The notes below the pieces were generated by a model that saw only the letters and a list, made by a program, of their open reading frames with translations, searched no databases and was not told where the DNA came from. Shown here in pieces: positions 52,402 to 62,900 of a stretch of 64,000 nt of DNA. Within the stretch, counting starts at the first letter, position 1, and each line of letters starts with the position of its first letter. The stretch is from an uncultured virus (IMG/VR IMGVR_UViG_3300033153_005459) (taxonomy: Duplodnaviria; Heunggongvirae; Uroviricota; Caudoviricetes). The stretch lies in the IMG/VR virus record IMGVR_UViG_3300033153_005459; one strand, written 5' to 3'. The translations under genes were made by a program, and so were the position numbers.

Positions 52402-53679
52402 ATGGCAGTTAGAACGGATTTAACAATTGACTGGAGTCTGTCTCCCAGATTAATCACTGTTGCTTCTCCTAGTGTAGAGCTTTCCATTCAGGATCTTGTT
52501 GACACTCTTCGCGAGGCTGAACATGATCATGAGAATCTTGGCTTCCCTCGGTTGATTGATGCAGCCGGTAAAGAACCTTTGGGTGGCGGTGTGCTTGTAG
52601 GTATCACCGCAACACTGAACAATTCTTTAGTAGCCTTTGAGGCGCGGTCCGGTCCTGGTTGGATTCTTTGTACAATTTCGGGTGGCAACCTAGTTGCTGT
52701 TGATGGTATTGGGGGCCTGATTGATCCTAGATCCCCTACTGCTTTTACAACGGTTGACCGTGCGCTTTCATCTTCTGCGACGTTGTTGGATTTGGAGAGC
52801 CTTCAGGCTTCTCAGGCTGCGTCGTTCTCTGACGGGGCAGTCGCTGTGGATGTCTCGTCTTCGTTCACAGGCACAGAGTTTCCTGTTGGTATTCGAGAGT
52901 TCCCAGTTAACAACATGACTGACGCTTTGGCCATCGCTAACAACAGAGGCTTGAATCGTTTTCGGATTCTTTCCACGATGACCCTTTCATCTGGTGACTT
53001 CTCTGCTGGGTATGTTTTTTCAGGTGATTCCATAATCACCACCAACCTCATTTTGGAAGCTGCCGCTAACGTGGCGAATTGTGAGTTTGAGAACTTCCAT
53101 CTAGAAGGTACGATTGATGGCTCTGTAGTTGTCCGTGCCTGTGAAATCGATGACCTAATTGGTTTCAATGGACACATGATCGACAGTTTCTTGCATGGGA
53201 CTATAACCCTTGGCGGTGGGATGTTGGCTGAGTTTTACAACTGCTCTAGTGGGGTTGCTGGTGGCGGAAATGGTCAAACTGCCAATATTGATATGGGCGG
53301 CTCTGGTCAGGACATGCTGGTGCGCAACTACTCTGGTGGGCTGAGCCTCTCCAATTTGACCACGGTCGAAGACGTCTCGCTTGACTTTTTGTCAGGCCGT
53401 CTGATCGTGGATGCAACCGTCACGGCCAGCACGATCACTGTTCGCGGGAGCGCTGATGTGGCCGACAACTCGACAGGAACAGCGAACGTCCAAGATTTGA
53501 CGATCAACAAGAGAATGGATCAACTTGTGGACGACTTAGAAAACCGTCTGGTCACTGTCGACAACGGCAACGGCACTGGCACTATGACCTTGTACGCCGA
53601 CGATGGCATTACGGTGCTCAAGTCGTGGACGACTGTCATTGAAGGGTCCGGCGCCATCTCTGAACGGCTGCCAGTCTGA
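52402..53679 (+). CDS. Virion structural protein
   Basis: IQDLVDTLR..E...A.GKE.LGGGV.VGIT.TL pattern; structural block. Confidence 0.7.
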   Translation: MAVRTDLTIDWSLSPRLITVASPSVELSIQDLVDTLREAEHDHENLGFPRLIDAAGKEPLGGGVLVGITATLNNSLVAFEARSGPGWILCTISGGNLVAVDGIGGLIDPRSPTAFTTVDRALSSSATLLDLESLQASQAASFSDGAVAVDVSSSFTGTEFPVGIREFPVNNMTDALAIANNRGLNRFRILSTMTLSSGDFSAGYVFSGDSIITTNLILEAAANVANCEFENFHLEGTIDGSVVVRACEIDDLIGFNGHMIDSFLHGTITLGGGMLAEFYNCSSGVAGGGNGQTANIDMGGSGQDMLVRNYSGGLSLSNLTTVEDVSLDFLSGRLIVDATVTASTITVRGSADVADNSTGTANVQDLTINKRMDQLVDDLENRLVTVDNGNGTGTMTLYADDGITVLKSWTTVIEGSGAISERLPV

Positions 53680-53849
53680 TGCTCCCCGGCTTCGGACTAG
53701 ACCGCGGGTCGCCTGCCACTTATGGGTTTGGTGCGTCGCTAGGTGCTCTCATTCTCACCAATTTCGATTGCGCTGTTCAAACAGTTGGAACCTTGACATT
53801 CGAGCAGACCATTGATGTTTGTGAGGTTCTCACTGTGGCCGCGTCGTAA
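53679..53849 (+). CDS. Small hypothetical virion protein
   Basis: TGATG overlap; hand translation MLPGFGLDRGSPATYGFG..., 56 aa. Confidence 0.55.
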   Translation: MLPGFGLDRGSPATYGFGASLGALILTNFDCAVQTVGTLTFEQTIDVCEVLTVAAS

Positions 53850-53916
53850 AGGAATCACTTTCTAAGTTGGCTTGCCGTTTGAGCCGATTCACTATCAGAA
53901 CTCAAAGGAGATTTGG

Positions 53917-54231
53917 ATGACACTATACGCAGGCGAAACGGTTATCGTTACGCATACGGCTTCTCTTGAGGGCACGCCTATTACCGGGCCAGAGGTGTCT
54001 GAGGTCAACATCATCATTTTCGACGCGGCTGGTAGTGTGGTTATTGCTGAGACCACGATGACTTGGGTTCTCGCTAATCTTCGTTGGGAATATGAGTGGG
54101 ACACAAGTCCTGGCGCTACTCCGGTGAACATCAGTTCTGGAACTTACAGAGCTAAGGTCACTATTGTTGGTGTGGATCAATCCACCAACTGGGAATACAA
54201 AAGAATCCGTCTAGCGAACAACCCGGTGTGA
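53917..54231 (+). CDS. Small Ig-like virion protein
   Basis: AAAGGAG RBS; YAGETV...Y.WDT...GTY pattern. Confidence 0.65.
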   Translation: MTLYAGETVIVTHTASLEGTPITGPEVSEVNIIIFDAAGSVVIAETTMTWVLANLRWEYEWDTSPGATPVNISSGTYRAKVTIVGVDQSTNWEYKRIRLANNPV

Positions 54232-54239
54232 GGTAAGAT

Positions 54240-54740
54240 ATGTCTATTGATCTTGGTGATCTAATCGAATCCTTGGAGAGAGAAGTAAGCCCTCCAGGTA
54301 CAGACCTCTTCCCTAACGCTGTCGAGGACGAGTTCTTCGGACATCTGCAAGACTCTTTCTGGGAAGTCAAGCTGGATGGCATTGAAGCGTTCGACAATTA
54401 CACAGAGGCTGAAGGCTTGGTTTCCCCAGTGACAGGTGTTGTTGAACTGACCCGTGATTTGCAGCAATTGGTTGTTCTGTACGCCGGTATTCGTATTGTT
54501 CGTAACGAGTTGCGTAACATCAACACCTTGTTCCGTTCTGTTGCTGGACCTGTTGAGTTCGAAACTCAACAGTCCGCTTCGGTATTGACAGCCATCTTGG
54601 CTGAACTACAGCAACGCCGCAACTTCGTTTTGACTCGACTGTCTGACATTGGGGCGGTGGACGCCTCTTACATCGACATGGTTATCACTCGCGACTTGTC
54701 TATGGGCACGAACGGTGGAACTTGGTGGGTAGGACACTGA
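54240..54740 (+). CDS. Putative head-tail adaptor
   Basis: Size, helical character and position. Confidence 0.55.
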   Translation: MSIDLGDLIESLEREVSPPGTDLFPNAVEDEFFGHLQDSFWEVKLDGIEAFDNYTEAEGLVSPVTGVVELTRDLQQLVVLYAGIRIVRNELRNINTLFRSVAGPVEFETQQSASVLTAILAELQQRRNFVLTRLSDIGAVDASYIDMVITRDLSMGTNGGTWWVGH

Positions 54741-54748
54741 GGTGATCT

Positions 54749-55222
54749 ATGGCTACAACCACTGATCCAAGATCAAACGCCTTTAGTGCAGCGAAGTTCA
54801 AGGACGCTATCCGGTTTGCTATGAACATGGGTTTGCCTGACACTGCTGCTGAGCGTGTCACGTTCCGATGGAAGCCCGAAAAAACGTTCACTACAAACAG
54901 TCCTACCGGCAACCCGTATGATTTGACGGATGCTCCGACAGCTACAGATTCTGCTGCCGACGTGTTGGTAAACGCAGCCGTCGAGTTCGTTACTCGTGCT
55001 TCTTTGGGTGAGACTACAACAATTGGTTCTTTTGAGAATCCGAGGCTGGTGGTCACGCTTCTGGATGACGAGTTTGTGACGATCACTGACGCCACGTTGG
55101 GTCTTCCTAATCAGGTCCTTGTGGGCGGCAACACGTACAACATCGACTTCGTGGCCCCTCCTATCGGTCTATTCTCGGTGACGGTTTATCAAATACACGC
55201 TACGGCGGTGGATGAATCATGA
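54749..55222 (+). CDS. Putative head-tail stopper/closure protein
   Basis: Size, beta character and position. Confidence 0.5.
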   Translation: MATTTDPRSNAFSAAKFKDAIRFAMNMGLPDTAAERVTFRWKPEKTFTTNSPTGNPYDLTDAPTATDSAADVLVNAAVEFVTRASLGETTTIGSFENPRLVVTLLDDEFVTITDATLGLPNQVLVGGNTYNIDFVAPPIGLFSVTVYQIHATAVDES

Positions 55223-55734
55223 GTCCAGTAGGTGGCCTCCGAGCGAGACTGATCAAAGACAATCTATTCAACCTTATTGAGGATTCGTTGACCACTGTTG
55301 GGTGGTTTGCTGCTGGCCGTCAACATGATGCAGTAACGGTCGTTCCTGAGCCGTTGGATAATCTGATAGAGATCACCCCGAACAAGGTTGGTATCGAGTT
55401 CAAAACTGTTTCTGAGGTTAACGTTGAGATGGGTTCGAACATGTCTGACAACACGTGGCTGGTGTTTGTTGATGTCATGGGTGAAAGCTACGATATCGGT
55501 TTGCATCTTGCTACAGATGTTAAGGATATTCTCACGGGCCATTTCAATTCTATCGGGCGTGTGACTCCGACTCTAATCGTACTGGATTTGACTCTTGCTA
55601 CACCTGTCTCGTTCACTACATGTCACATCTCAGAGCTTGAGATGGAGAAGGATGAAAGCAACCAAGAACACAAAAAGTATTGGTGGACGATAGCTTTCAA
55701 CCTTGAGGATACGTACACGGATGAAACTGGCTGA
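55219..55734 (+). CDS. Putative tail terminator
   Basis: Size and position; E.G...W..FVDV...LA.DVKDIL pattern. Confidence 0.5.
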   Translation: MSPVGGLRARLIKDNLFNLIEDSLTTVGWFAAGRQHDAVTVVPEPLDNLIEITPNKVGIEFKTVSEVNVEMGSNMSDNTWLVFVDVMGESYDIGLHLATDVKDILTGHFNSIGRVTPTLIVLDLTLATPVSFTTCHISELEMEKDESNQEHKKYWWTIAFNLEDTYTDETG

Positions 55735-56015
55735 TGGCTGATCCTATGAAAGAGCTTCTTGCGAAGCGCAAGAACCGTACTTTGGCAACGATCATGAATG
55801 TCAAGGAGAAGGAATGCGACAGGTATCTTCCTCCTGAGGCGCAGGCTGCGTTGCGTAAAGTCATCATGGACACGGTGAATGACTTCTATGACGTGTGTCT
55901 GGACGTTATTCGCAGCGTAGAAGAAGCCGATGAATCTGTTGTAGTCAATTGGGACTATATTGAACGGCGGATCGATTTGATTTACGACGCGGTGGTATAC
56001 GAAGATGGCTCTTAA
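55734..56015 (+). CDS. Hypothetical protein
   Basis: TGATG overlap. Confidence 0.6.
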   Translation: MADPMKELLAKRKNRTLATIMNVKEKECDRYLPPEAQAALRKVIMDTVNDFYDVCLDVIRSVEEADESVVVNWDYIERRIDLIYDAVVYEDGS

Positions 56016-57198
56016 TCTGAATTTGTTGGCTACAGCGCAGGCGGCAATTAATCGGCAAGCGAGCATCGACTTCGTTGTTGGACAACAGATAGCGCAGAGG
56101 CAGCGGATTGCACAAGCCCTTGCTCTGGCAGAGATTCGACAGGCGAGAGACGAACGAACGTATGTCAATACTCTGCATCGTGATCTGTTGAATGCTGGCG
56201 TTCGGGTCTATGCTGGTATGGCTAGCGCTGACGTGGCGAGACTGGCTGCTGCGCAGGCTTCTGAAGGCATGGTCGATGTCACTAGCCTTATTGCACAGAA
56301 GTACAGTAGACTGATCAGAGCACGCCGTGGTCCTGGTGGAGCTTTCGCTACCGCAAACCGCGAGGTAGGTAGAGAGGCTAACAGGGCTGCTGAACTCGCA
56401 TTTCAGGGCACAAAGAGACCCAATTCTTCTTCTTTCCGTGCATCCGAAGGTGGTCTCAGGTTCCGTCGTTACGCTGGTGGCCAGATGTCCTTAGCGTTGC
56501 TGAGCGATAAAAACTTCATTGCTAAAGCTGATGGCCTGTTTTGGATTGTCGCTCCCCACCTTGATCTTGCTGCCCCGCAGTGGTACCGATTGAACTTCGG
56601 TGCTGGTGCTCTTGGTGCTGCTACGAACGGCAGTCGGTCGTTCCAAGTGACCTTCTTCGGTCAGAACGTTGGCGTTGTTGGTCTTGCCGCATTCAGAGCT
56701 TCTCCTACTTTCACTCTGCCACCGGGTTTCTTTACGTCAGATGGTAGTTGGACTGGACGAGTGGCTTCTGGTTCACCGAGTGGTCAAGCGTTTCGTCCAG
56801 CAAACTTCAACCGTGGACAGATCAGGGCTGAGCAGTCTTCATCTCTACAAAGTCGCGTTCCATTCATTACTCGCCAGACTAAACAGATCAACTTTGATTT
56901 CAATACGACGCCTATTGTGACTAAGGGCATTAGGGCACAGAACTTCCTTGATGCTGGCATGGCGAGCATTGCTCGCACTTGGCCGGTTGCTCAGACTCGT
57001 GTCATTAAGGATGTTCTTAATGAGTCTGTTCTTTCTGGTGGTACTACTACTGCCATCTCTGTTGCCGGTGTGGATCTGGTAGATCAGAGACAGTTTGCTG
57101 TGAAGGTTAACACCGAGTTTGATGCAGCTATTGCCAAGTTGAAAGCCGGTGTTGGAAGTAACCGGGTTTCTAGTGCGTTCCTCGGTAGCCTTCGATGA
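56005..57198 (+). CDS. Basic neck/tail-completion-like protein
   Basis: Ala/Arg-rich; A.QW.RLNFG and GIRA.NFL patterns; upstream of the major tail gene. Confidence 0.5.
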   Translation: MALNLNLLATAQAAINRQASIDFVVGQQIAQRQRIAQALALAEIRQARDERTYVNTLHRDLLNAGVRVYAGMASADVARLAAAQASEGMVDVTSLIAQKYSRLIRARRGPGGAFATANREVGREANRAAELAFQGTKRPNSSSFRASEGGLRFRRYAGGQMSLALLSDKNFIAKADGLFWIVAPHLDLAAPQWYRLNFGAGALGAATNGSRSFQVTFFGQNVGVVGLAAFRASPTFTLPPGFFTSDGSWTGRVASGSPSGQAFRPANFNRGQIRAEQSSSLQSRVPFITRQTKQINFDFNTTPIVTKGIRAQNFLDAGMASIARTWPVAQTRVIKDVLNESVLSGGTTTAISVAGVDLVDQRQFAVKVNTEFDAAIAKLKAGVGSNRVSSAFLGSLR

Positions 57199-57216
57199 TG
57201 TTGAGCAGCATGGTTC

Positions 57217-57244
57217 TCAATTAAGGACCGCAGCAGGCCGACAT
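57217..57244 (+). promoter_or_regulatory. sigma28-like putative late promoter (representative copy)
   Basis: TCAA-N16-GCCGACAT; similar copies precede about 10 other genes. Confidence 0.55.
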
Positions 57245-57341
57245 TTCTTCTAGACACCAACCGTAACTGCGTACTATCGGACGCATCAAGTTTCGTGTTG
57301 AGGTCTATCGTCATCATTTCTACTTAGCAGAGGTTCATACT

Positions 57342-58589
57342 ATGGCAATTCGTGCCGGACAGATCCTACACGACGCCGAAGGATTCGTAATTGATCGAAT
57401 TCAGACGGCTGGTGTGGGCAACGTCAACATCCCCGAAGAGAAGATTTTCGAACTCGGCAACTTTTTGTCTGTCGGTACCGTTCGTGACATTCCTGACTTG
57501 TCGTTCGACGTTGAGTCGTTGGATGTGTCGACAGAGATTGAAGCTTTGCTCACTCAGTTTACGCCAGACACTGCGTCTGCGAATACCGAGTTTGACTTGG
57601 GAACTGCTCATCCAATCGATATCATCTCGCCGTTCAAGAGTTCGAACACCGCATTCGACATCATTCGGGGTATTGCTATCCCGTATCTGAGTTTGGAGCG
57701 ATCGACTTATAGGTTTGGTCTTCGTCAGAACTCTACGCAGCAGCACACGCTCCGTGGCGATTCCATCTTCTACATCCCTGGTACTCCGTACTACGAAGAG
57801 CAGGTCTTTACTGGCGCTGCTACTTACTCGTTTGCGAACACAGCTATCAAGTTCAACAACTCGGGTACTGACGAGTTCGCTTTGGGTGTACATCTGTTCA
57901 ACTCTGGTTCTGGAACATTCACTCGTGCATTCCTCGGCGATGACTATACGGATACCGCCGCTGGCATAACGTTCGCTTCCAACGCGAATACGACCGCTCT
58001 GCTTGCAGCTTACGACACTGTTGCCATCACGTATGGTTCCACAGTAGCGGCCAGCTACACGCAGACAGGAACCACGCCTTTGGGTAACCCGGTTCATCAG
58101 ACTTCTTCGGTTAAGCCTTCTACTGTTCGTGGTAAGGACATCGACGTGTACATCGCTACACCGAGCGCTACAGAAACGTTTACTCGTTGGTCTGGCGTTC
58201 AGTCGTTCGAAGTAACTCGTTCGGTCAACATCGAGAACGACGAAGAGTTCGGCAACAGCCGCTTCGTTGACTCGGGCTTCGACACTGCTGAGGTCACTGG
58301 TTCAATCACGGTCAAGCCGGAAAACCCGACTGACCTGTTCGACAAGATTTACGAAGTCACCGACGTGCCAACAACCGAGGTTGTAGGCCCCAACGTCTCG
58401 GCGTTGATCCCGGTAGAACTACGTGTATCCGACCCGGACACCGGAACCGTCCTAAAGACGTTGTACATCCCTGACGCCAAGTTCACAGTACCCGGCGTAC
58501 AAGGCAGAATCCAGACCAAGCTTGAAGTCACATTTAACTTCACATCGGAAGGCGGAAGCCTTTTGGTCTACGAAGGTAGCCGTGTCTGA
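57342..58589 (+). CDS. Major tail (tube) protein
   Basis: 415 aa; IDRIQ...ELGN and VQS......E.EEFGN duplicated tube-like motifs; followed by a terminator and chaperone genes. Confidence 0.75.
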   Translation: MAIRAGQILHDAEGFVIDRIQTAGVGNVNIPEEKIFELGNFLSVGTVRDIPDLSFDVESLDVSTEIEALLTQFTPDTASANTEFDLGTAHPIDIISPFKSSNTAFDIIRGIAIPYLSLERSTYRFGLRQNSTQQHTLRGDSIFYIPGTPYYEEQVFTGAATYSFANTAIKFNNSGTDEFALGVHLFNSGSGTFTRAFLGDDYTDTAAGITFASNANTTALLAAYDTVAITYGSTVAASYTQTGTTPLGNPVHQTSSVKPSTVRGKDIDVYIATPSATETFTRWSGVQSFEVTRSVNIENDEEFGNSRFVDSGFDTAEVTGSITVKPENPTDLFDKIYEVTDVPTTEVVGPNVSALIPVELRVSDPDTGTVLKTLYIPDAKFTVPGVQGRIQTKLEVTFNFTSEGGSLLVYEGSRV

Positions 58590-58614
58590 TAGTTGATAGG
58601 TAATCAAGTTGCAT

Positions 58615-58640
58615 GGGCCTCCCTTCGGGGAGGCTCTTTG
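58615..58640 (+). terminator. Intrinsic terminator after the major tail gene
   Basis: GGGCCTCCC-TTCG-GGGAGGCTC-TTT. Confidence 0.85.
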
Positions 58641-58765
58641 CTTTCTCAAACCTTTGTAACTGTCCATAGATTGTCTTTCTTAGTCACCCGCCACCTTCTT
58701 CCGATGTGTTAAACTAGGAGCTAGGACGCTTGAAGGAAACTTTGAGCAACATGGGAGTTTAGTAT

Positions 58766-59518
58766 ATGACTAAGAGACGTAGGCTTTCTGACCTTTACGT
58801 TGTCGGAGAGGAAGTAACATTCGAGGACCCTGAAGGCGACCCGATCGTCGTATGGGTACAGAAGCTCAGTCCGGTACAGCACGAATCTGTACTCCGTGAC
58901 TCTGGTGCTGCTCGTGCCCCTATTTTGGCGTTGAAGCGTTTGCCTGTAGGGCATGATGATCTTGACCCGTATGAGAGCGAGCTTGAAGAGAGCCTTAGGC
59001 AGCTTTCTGTTGCTGAGATTTTAAGCGCCAAGAAAGAAGGGACGATCCGTGCAGCGAAAGAAGATGAGGTCGCTGCTGAGGACGAGTGGGACAAGGAGAA
59101 CTATCTCCAGTCTCTCACTGACGCGTGGCAAGACCCTTTGATGGCAGAGTGGGCCAAAGACAATGAGCATGTTGAAGCGAAGCGAGTCCATGACGAACTT
59201 GAGCGTTTCAATGAGCAGGTTGAGAAGAAGGTCAAGGGCGAGATGCGGCATGTTCTCAAGGATTATGAGAATATGGATAAGGAAGAAGCTCATCTTGAGG
59301 CTCTGCATCAAATCATCGACTTTGCTTCTGATGTTCGTTGGATGACTGAGTATCGTCGTCAGGAAGTGTATTACGCTGTGCGTGTGTCTGAAGATAAACG
59401 TCGTGAACTGTACTTCGATGGAGTTGAGGAAGTCGGAGAACTTTCTACAACTGTGTTCCAAAGGCTTTTGAAGACGTTCCAAAATCTTGCTGTGAATCCT
59501 CTAGAAGTAAAAGGCTGA
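58766..59518 (+). CDS. Tail assembly chaperone (G-like)
   Basis: Acidic ORF between the major tail and tape measure genes. Confidence 0.7.
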   Translation: MTKRRRLSDLYVVGEEVTFEDPEGDPIVVWVQKLSPVQHESVLRDSGAARAPILALKRLPVGHDDLDPYESELEESLRQLSVAEILSAKKEGTIRAAKEDEVAAEDEWDKENYLQSLTDAWQDPLMAEWAKDNEHVEAKRVHDELERFNEQVEKKVKGEMRHVLKDYENMDKEEAHLEALHQIIDFASDVRWMTEYRRQEVYYAVRVSEDKRRELYFDGVEEVGELSTTVFQRLLKTFQNLAVNPLEVKG

Positions 59519-59868
59519 GCGGCGACTCGCATTTTCTTACCTTGGTCGCAGCAGCTAAAGCAGGTGGCGATGGTAGGGCGTTGTTGCCGCATGGTATCGC
59601 ATCCATAGAAGATTTGCCTTGGGACCTAGCGCGTGGCATTGACCATGCTCATAGAATTTTGTCTTGGCAGGAAAACCTTTCGAAGGAAGAGCAACCACCC
59701 AAGTGGATGTGGCCTCACGACGATGAGTTGGTGGTTTGGTTTGATGAGGTACGAATGATTCGTGAAGAGAAATATGGTGGCGGAAATGATGGTGGAAGTG
59801 ACAGAGATGACAGTCCGATGGAAGGAATGATGGGCAACGAGATGGCTGACGCTAAAAGGCGGGGCTGA
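59509..59868 (+). CDS. Tail assembly chaperone extension (GT-like), probably reached by -1 frameshift
   Basis: The -1 frame is open across GTA AAA GGC TGA; PPKWMW..D..L..WF motif. Confidence 0.6.
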   Translation, partial: KRLSGDSHFLTLVAAAKAGGDGRALLPHGIASIEDLPWDLARGIDHAHRILSWQENLSKEEQPPKWMWPHDDELVVWFDEVRMIREEKYGGGNDGGSDRDDSPMEGMMGNEMADAKRRG

Positions 59869-59917
59869 TCTCTCCGATAGGAGATCAGGGATTGGCTTTA
59901 GGGAATAGTGAGCAAAA

Positions 59918-62900
59918 ATGACTAATGTTGGTGTAAATCTTACACTGAATACGGCTCAGCTTCTGTCTGAGTTCAACAGTACAGTTGACAGGATGCGGAC
60001 GAAGGCTTTACAAGCCGCGCAGCTTCCTTCTGTTTTTCTCCCTAGAGTCAATATCCCGGCCCCGCCGCCTGTTTCTGCTCAGGGGTTTGCCCGTCAGGCT
60101 GGTTTCCAGGCGGGTGGTTTGCAGCGTCAGATCAGTCTGGCGGAACATGGCCCTGGAGCAACGGGAGCGCAGTTCGGTGCTACTGGCAGACAGATTCGGG
60201 GTCCTCTCCAGAATCAGGTAACCGACGCGGTTCGTGCGGCTGGCGGTTCGGATGCTGATATTGCTCTCGCTAAGAAGGATTTCGAGACGGGTCGCCTATC
60301 TGCTGCTAAGGTTACTCGTGGTAAGCAGACTCAGGCTGAGATTCAGGAGGCTTTGAACGCTGAGTCGTTGAAGCAATTCGGCGTTGAGAAGGAACTCACT
60401 GCTGCTACCACGGCCAATGTTGCAGCTACAAAATCCACTGCGAACCGTAGGTTGTCGAACGTTCAGCGGCAGGACAGGGATCTTCGTCAAGAGAATGAAA
60501 CTTTGCGTCGGGGGGCTGGGGTTGATCCTCGTGCTGCTGTTCCGATTAACGCTAAGGCTCTCACTGAAGAAAATAATCGACTGATCGGCCAGGCTGCCGC
60601 TAACAGGAAGAGCACGGTTGCGTCTTCGCAACGGGAAGCTCTGGCGGCTGCTAAAGCCGCAAATGCTCAAGAAGCCGCCGCAGCCGCACCTCGTCGTCGT
60701 GCTCTATCGGGTTCTGAACGTGAACAGTCTCGTCTTCTGGCTCGTAATCAAGGTCTTCGTGAGACGGCAGGTTCGCGGCAGTTTATTGGTCCTAGAACAG
60801 CACCAGCGCTTAATGCCGAAAACGAAGCCCTCGTCAGAGAGGCGTCTAATCTTCGTAAGCTAAATAACGCTGCTCTTCGAACACAAGTTGGCTCTACTCA
60901 GACTGTTTCTGCGTCCGTACAGGCAGAGGTTGCGGTACAGCGACAGATCAATGCTGCAAAACGTAAGAACCTTGAGCTTGAGTCGACTCAGCAGCCGCAG
61001 CTTATCCAAGCCCGTGCTCAGACTGTCATTCTTCAGAATCAGCAGAACCAACAGCTTCGTCGTGCTATTCAGCTAGAGGCTCGTAGGCAGGGTCTCAGTA
61101 TTGGTCAGCGAGCACAGTTGACTGCGCAGGGTGGCGGTCGTGGCGGGCAGTCTGGTTTCCTTGCTGGTGGTTTGGCTTCTACGCTGCGTTTCGCTATTCC
61201 TGCTGCTGCACTGTTCGGTACGATCGGTGCCGTTGGTAAGCTGATCGAGAATGGTAAGGAACTAGAACTCGTCTTCAACCGTATTGATGCACAGTTCAAT
61301 CAGTTGGGTGCTAACGCTGAATTCGGTGACCAGTTCGATAATGAAGCTCTGGCCAATTTCAAGGAAGGCATCATTGACATCTCTCGTGAGACTGGTGTTT
61401 CTGCTGCTGTTGTTGGCGACCTTGCTGAGTCGTTCGTTGGCTTGTTCGTGGATCAGGGTCCAGAAACCGGTCTGCAATTGACGGCTTTGGCAGTCCAGCT
61501 TGCTGTTATCACGGATCTTGAACCTGCTGAGGCGTTCAATGACCTTGGTGCAGCTCTTCGTGCGTTCGTTGATGAAGGCGATGATGTGGTTCAGATTGCT
61601 ACTGAGATTTCTGACACTGTTATTGCTGTCCGTAACGCGACTGGTATTGCTGGCGATGAACTTACTGACTTCGTGTCTCGTGTTGCTGCTCTTGGTGTTG
61701 AGGCTGGCGGTTCAATTCAGCAGCTTACAGCGTTGGGTGCCGCTATTCAGCAGGCATCTGGTGTTGGTGGCGCTGCTCTGGCCGAGCAGTTCGGCCGTAT
61801 CTTGTCAGGCTTTTCGTCTGGTGTTGGTGTTGAAATCTTTGAACTGTCAAAGAGTATTGGCGGTTTGGATATTTCTGCTGCGGACGTTAACGGCGGGCAG
61901 GCTATTCCTGTTCTGCTCGCGTTGATTAGCCAGTATGAGGATCTTAACGATGCTCAGCGTACCCAGATTCGTACCCAGTTGGCCGGTCGTCGTGAGGGCG
62001 CTACTCTTACGGCTTTGCTGAACAACAGTGCTACTGCTCTGCGTGTTTTGAACGATGAGCTTGTCCAGGGCGGCGAAGCTCAGACAGAGTTCAATCGTCG
62101 TCAGCAAACCTTGAGTCAGCAGATGAAACTTCTTGGCACGACGTTCCAAGAGTTGGGAATTACGCTGTTTGAGGCTGGCCTGTCCGATCTTTTGATTTCG
62201 TTTGTTAATGCTCTTGATGCGCTTGTTACCATTGCTGATGCTACTGTCATTCCGGTGCTTGAGGTTCTGGCTGATTTGTTGGGCCAGTTGCCTGATGGGT
62301 TTGGTGCTGCTGCGCTTGGCGCGACTGGTCTTGCTTTGGCGCTCCGTGGAACGGGTGTCGTAGCGGCTGGTGGTCTCATTGGTCAGGAGACGGCCGTGGC
62401 CGGTACGGCTACGCTGTCTCAGCGTGTTGCTGCGGGCCAAACAGCGAGAGGCCCTGATCCTTCTGGTTTGGCGTTTGCTGGTCGGTTGCGTGATCCGCAG
62501 GGTGGCCGTTTGGGTGGTCGAAACACGCTTAGCAGCACTGGTCGGATCGGGGGCAGCCGTATTGCGCAGGTCGGTTCTGTTGTTGCTGCTGCGTTGGCTG
62601 TCGGTAAGCTGTTCGAAGTTCTTGGAGACCTTTCCGTACAGGTTGAACAGGACTCGACTGCACTCCGAGCAAAACTAGCGAGTGCTACAGAAGAGACGAT
62701 TCTATTAGCTTTGGAAACTGGTTCTAGCATAACAGAGGATCGTGGCTTCCTTGAACGTTTTGCTAATAATGTTGGTATTGAAACTGGTGATCCTCAGGCG
62801 ATTGCTCAAGAAGCGTTTGCGAACTTCGCAAGTCGGCAAGGTCAACAGCTAATTGCTGACATTGGTGCGGCGAGTGATGAGGCTTTGGAAATATTCTTTG

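Noticed and set aside
54186..54197. NWEY near the end of virion protein 53917-54231 as an array member
   Set aside because: It is followed by 11 more residues, lacks the junction architecture, and the protein looks like an Ig-like structural protein; probably chance.
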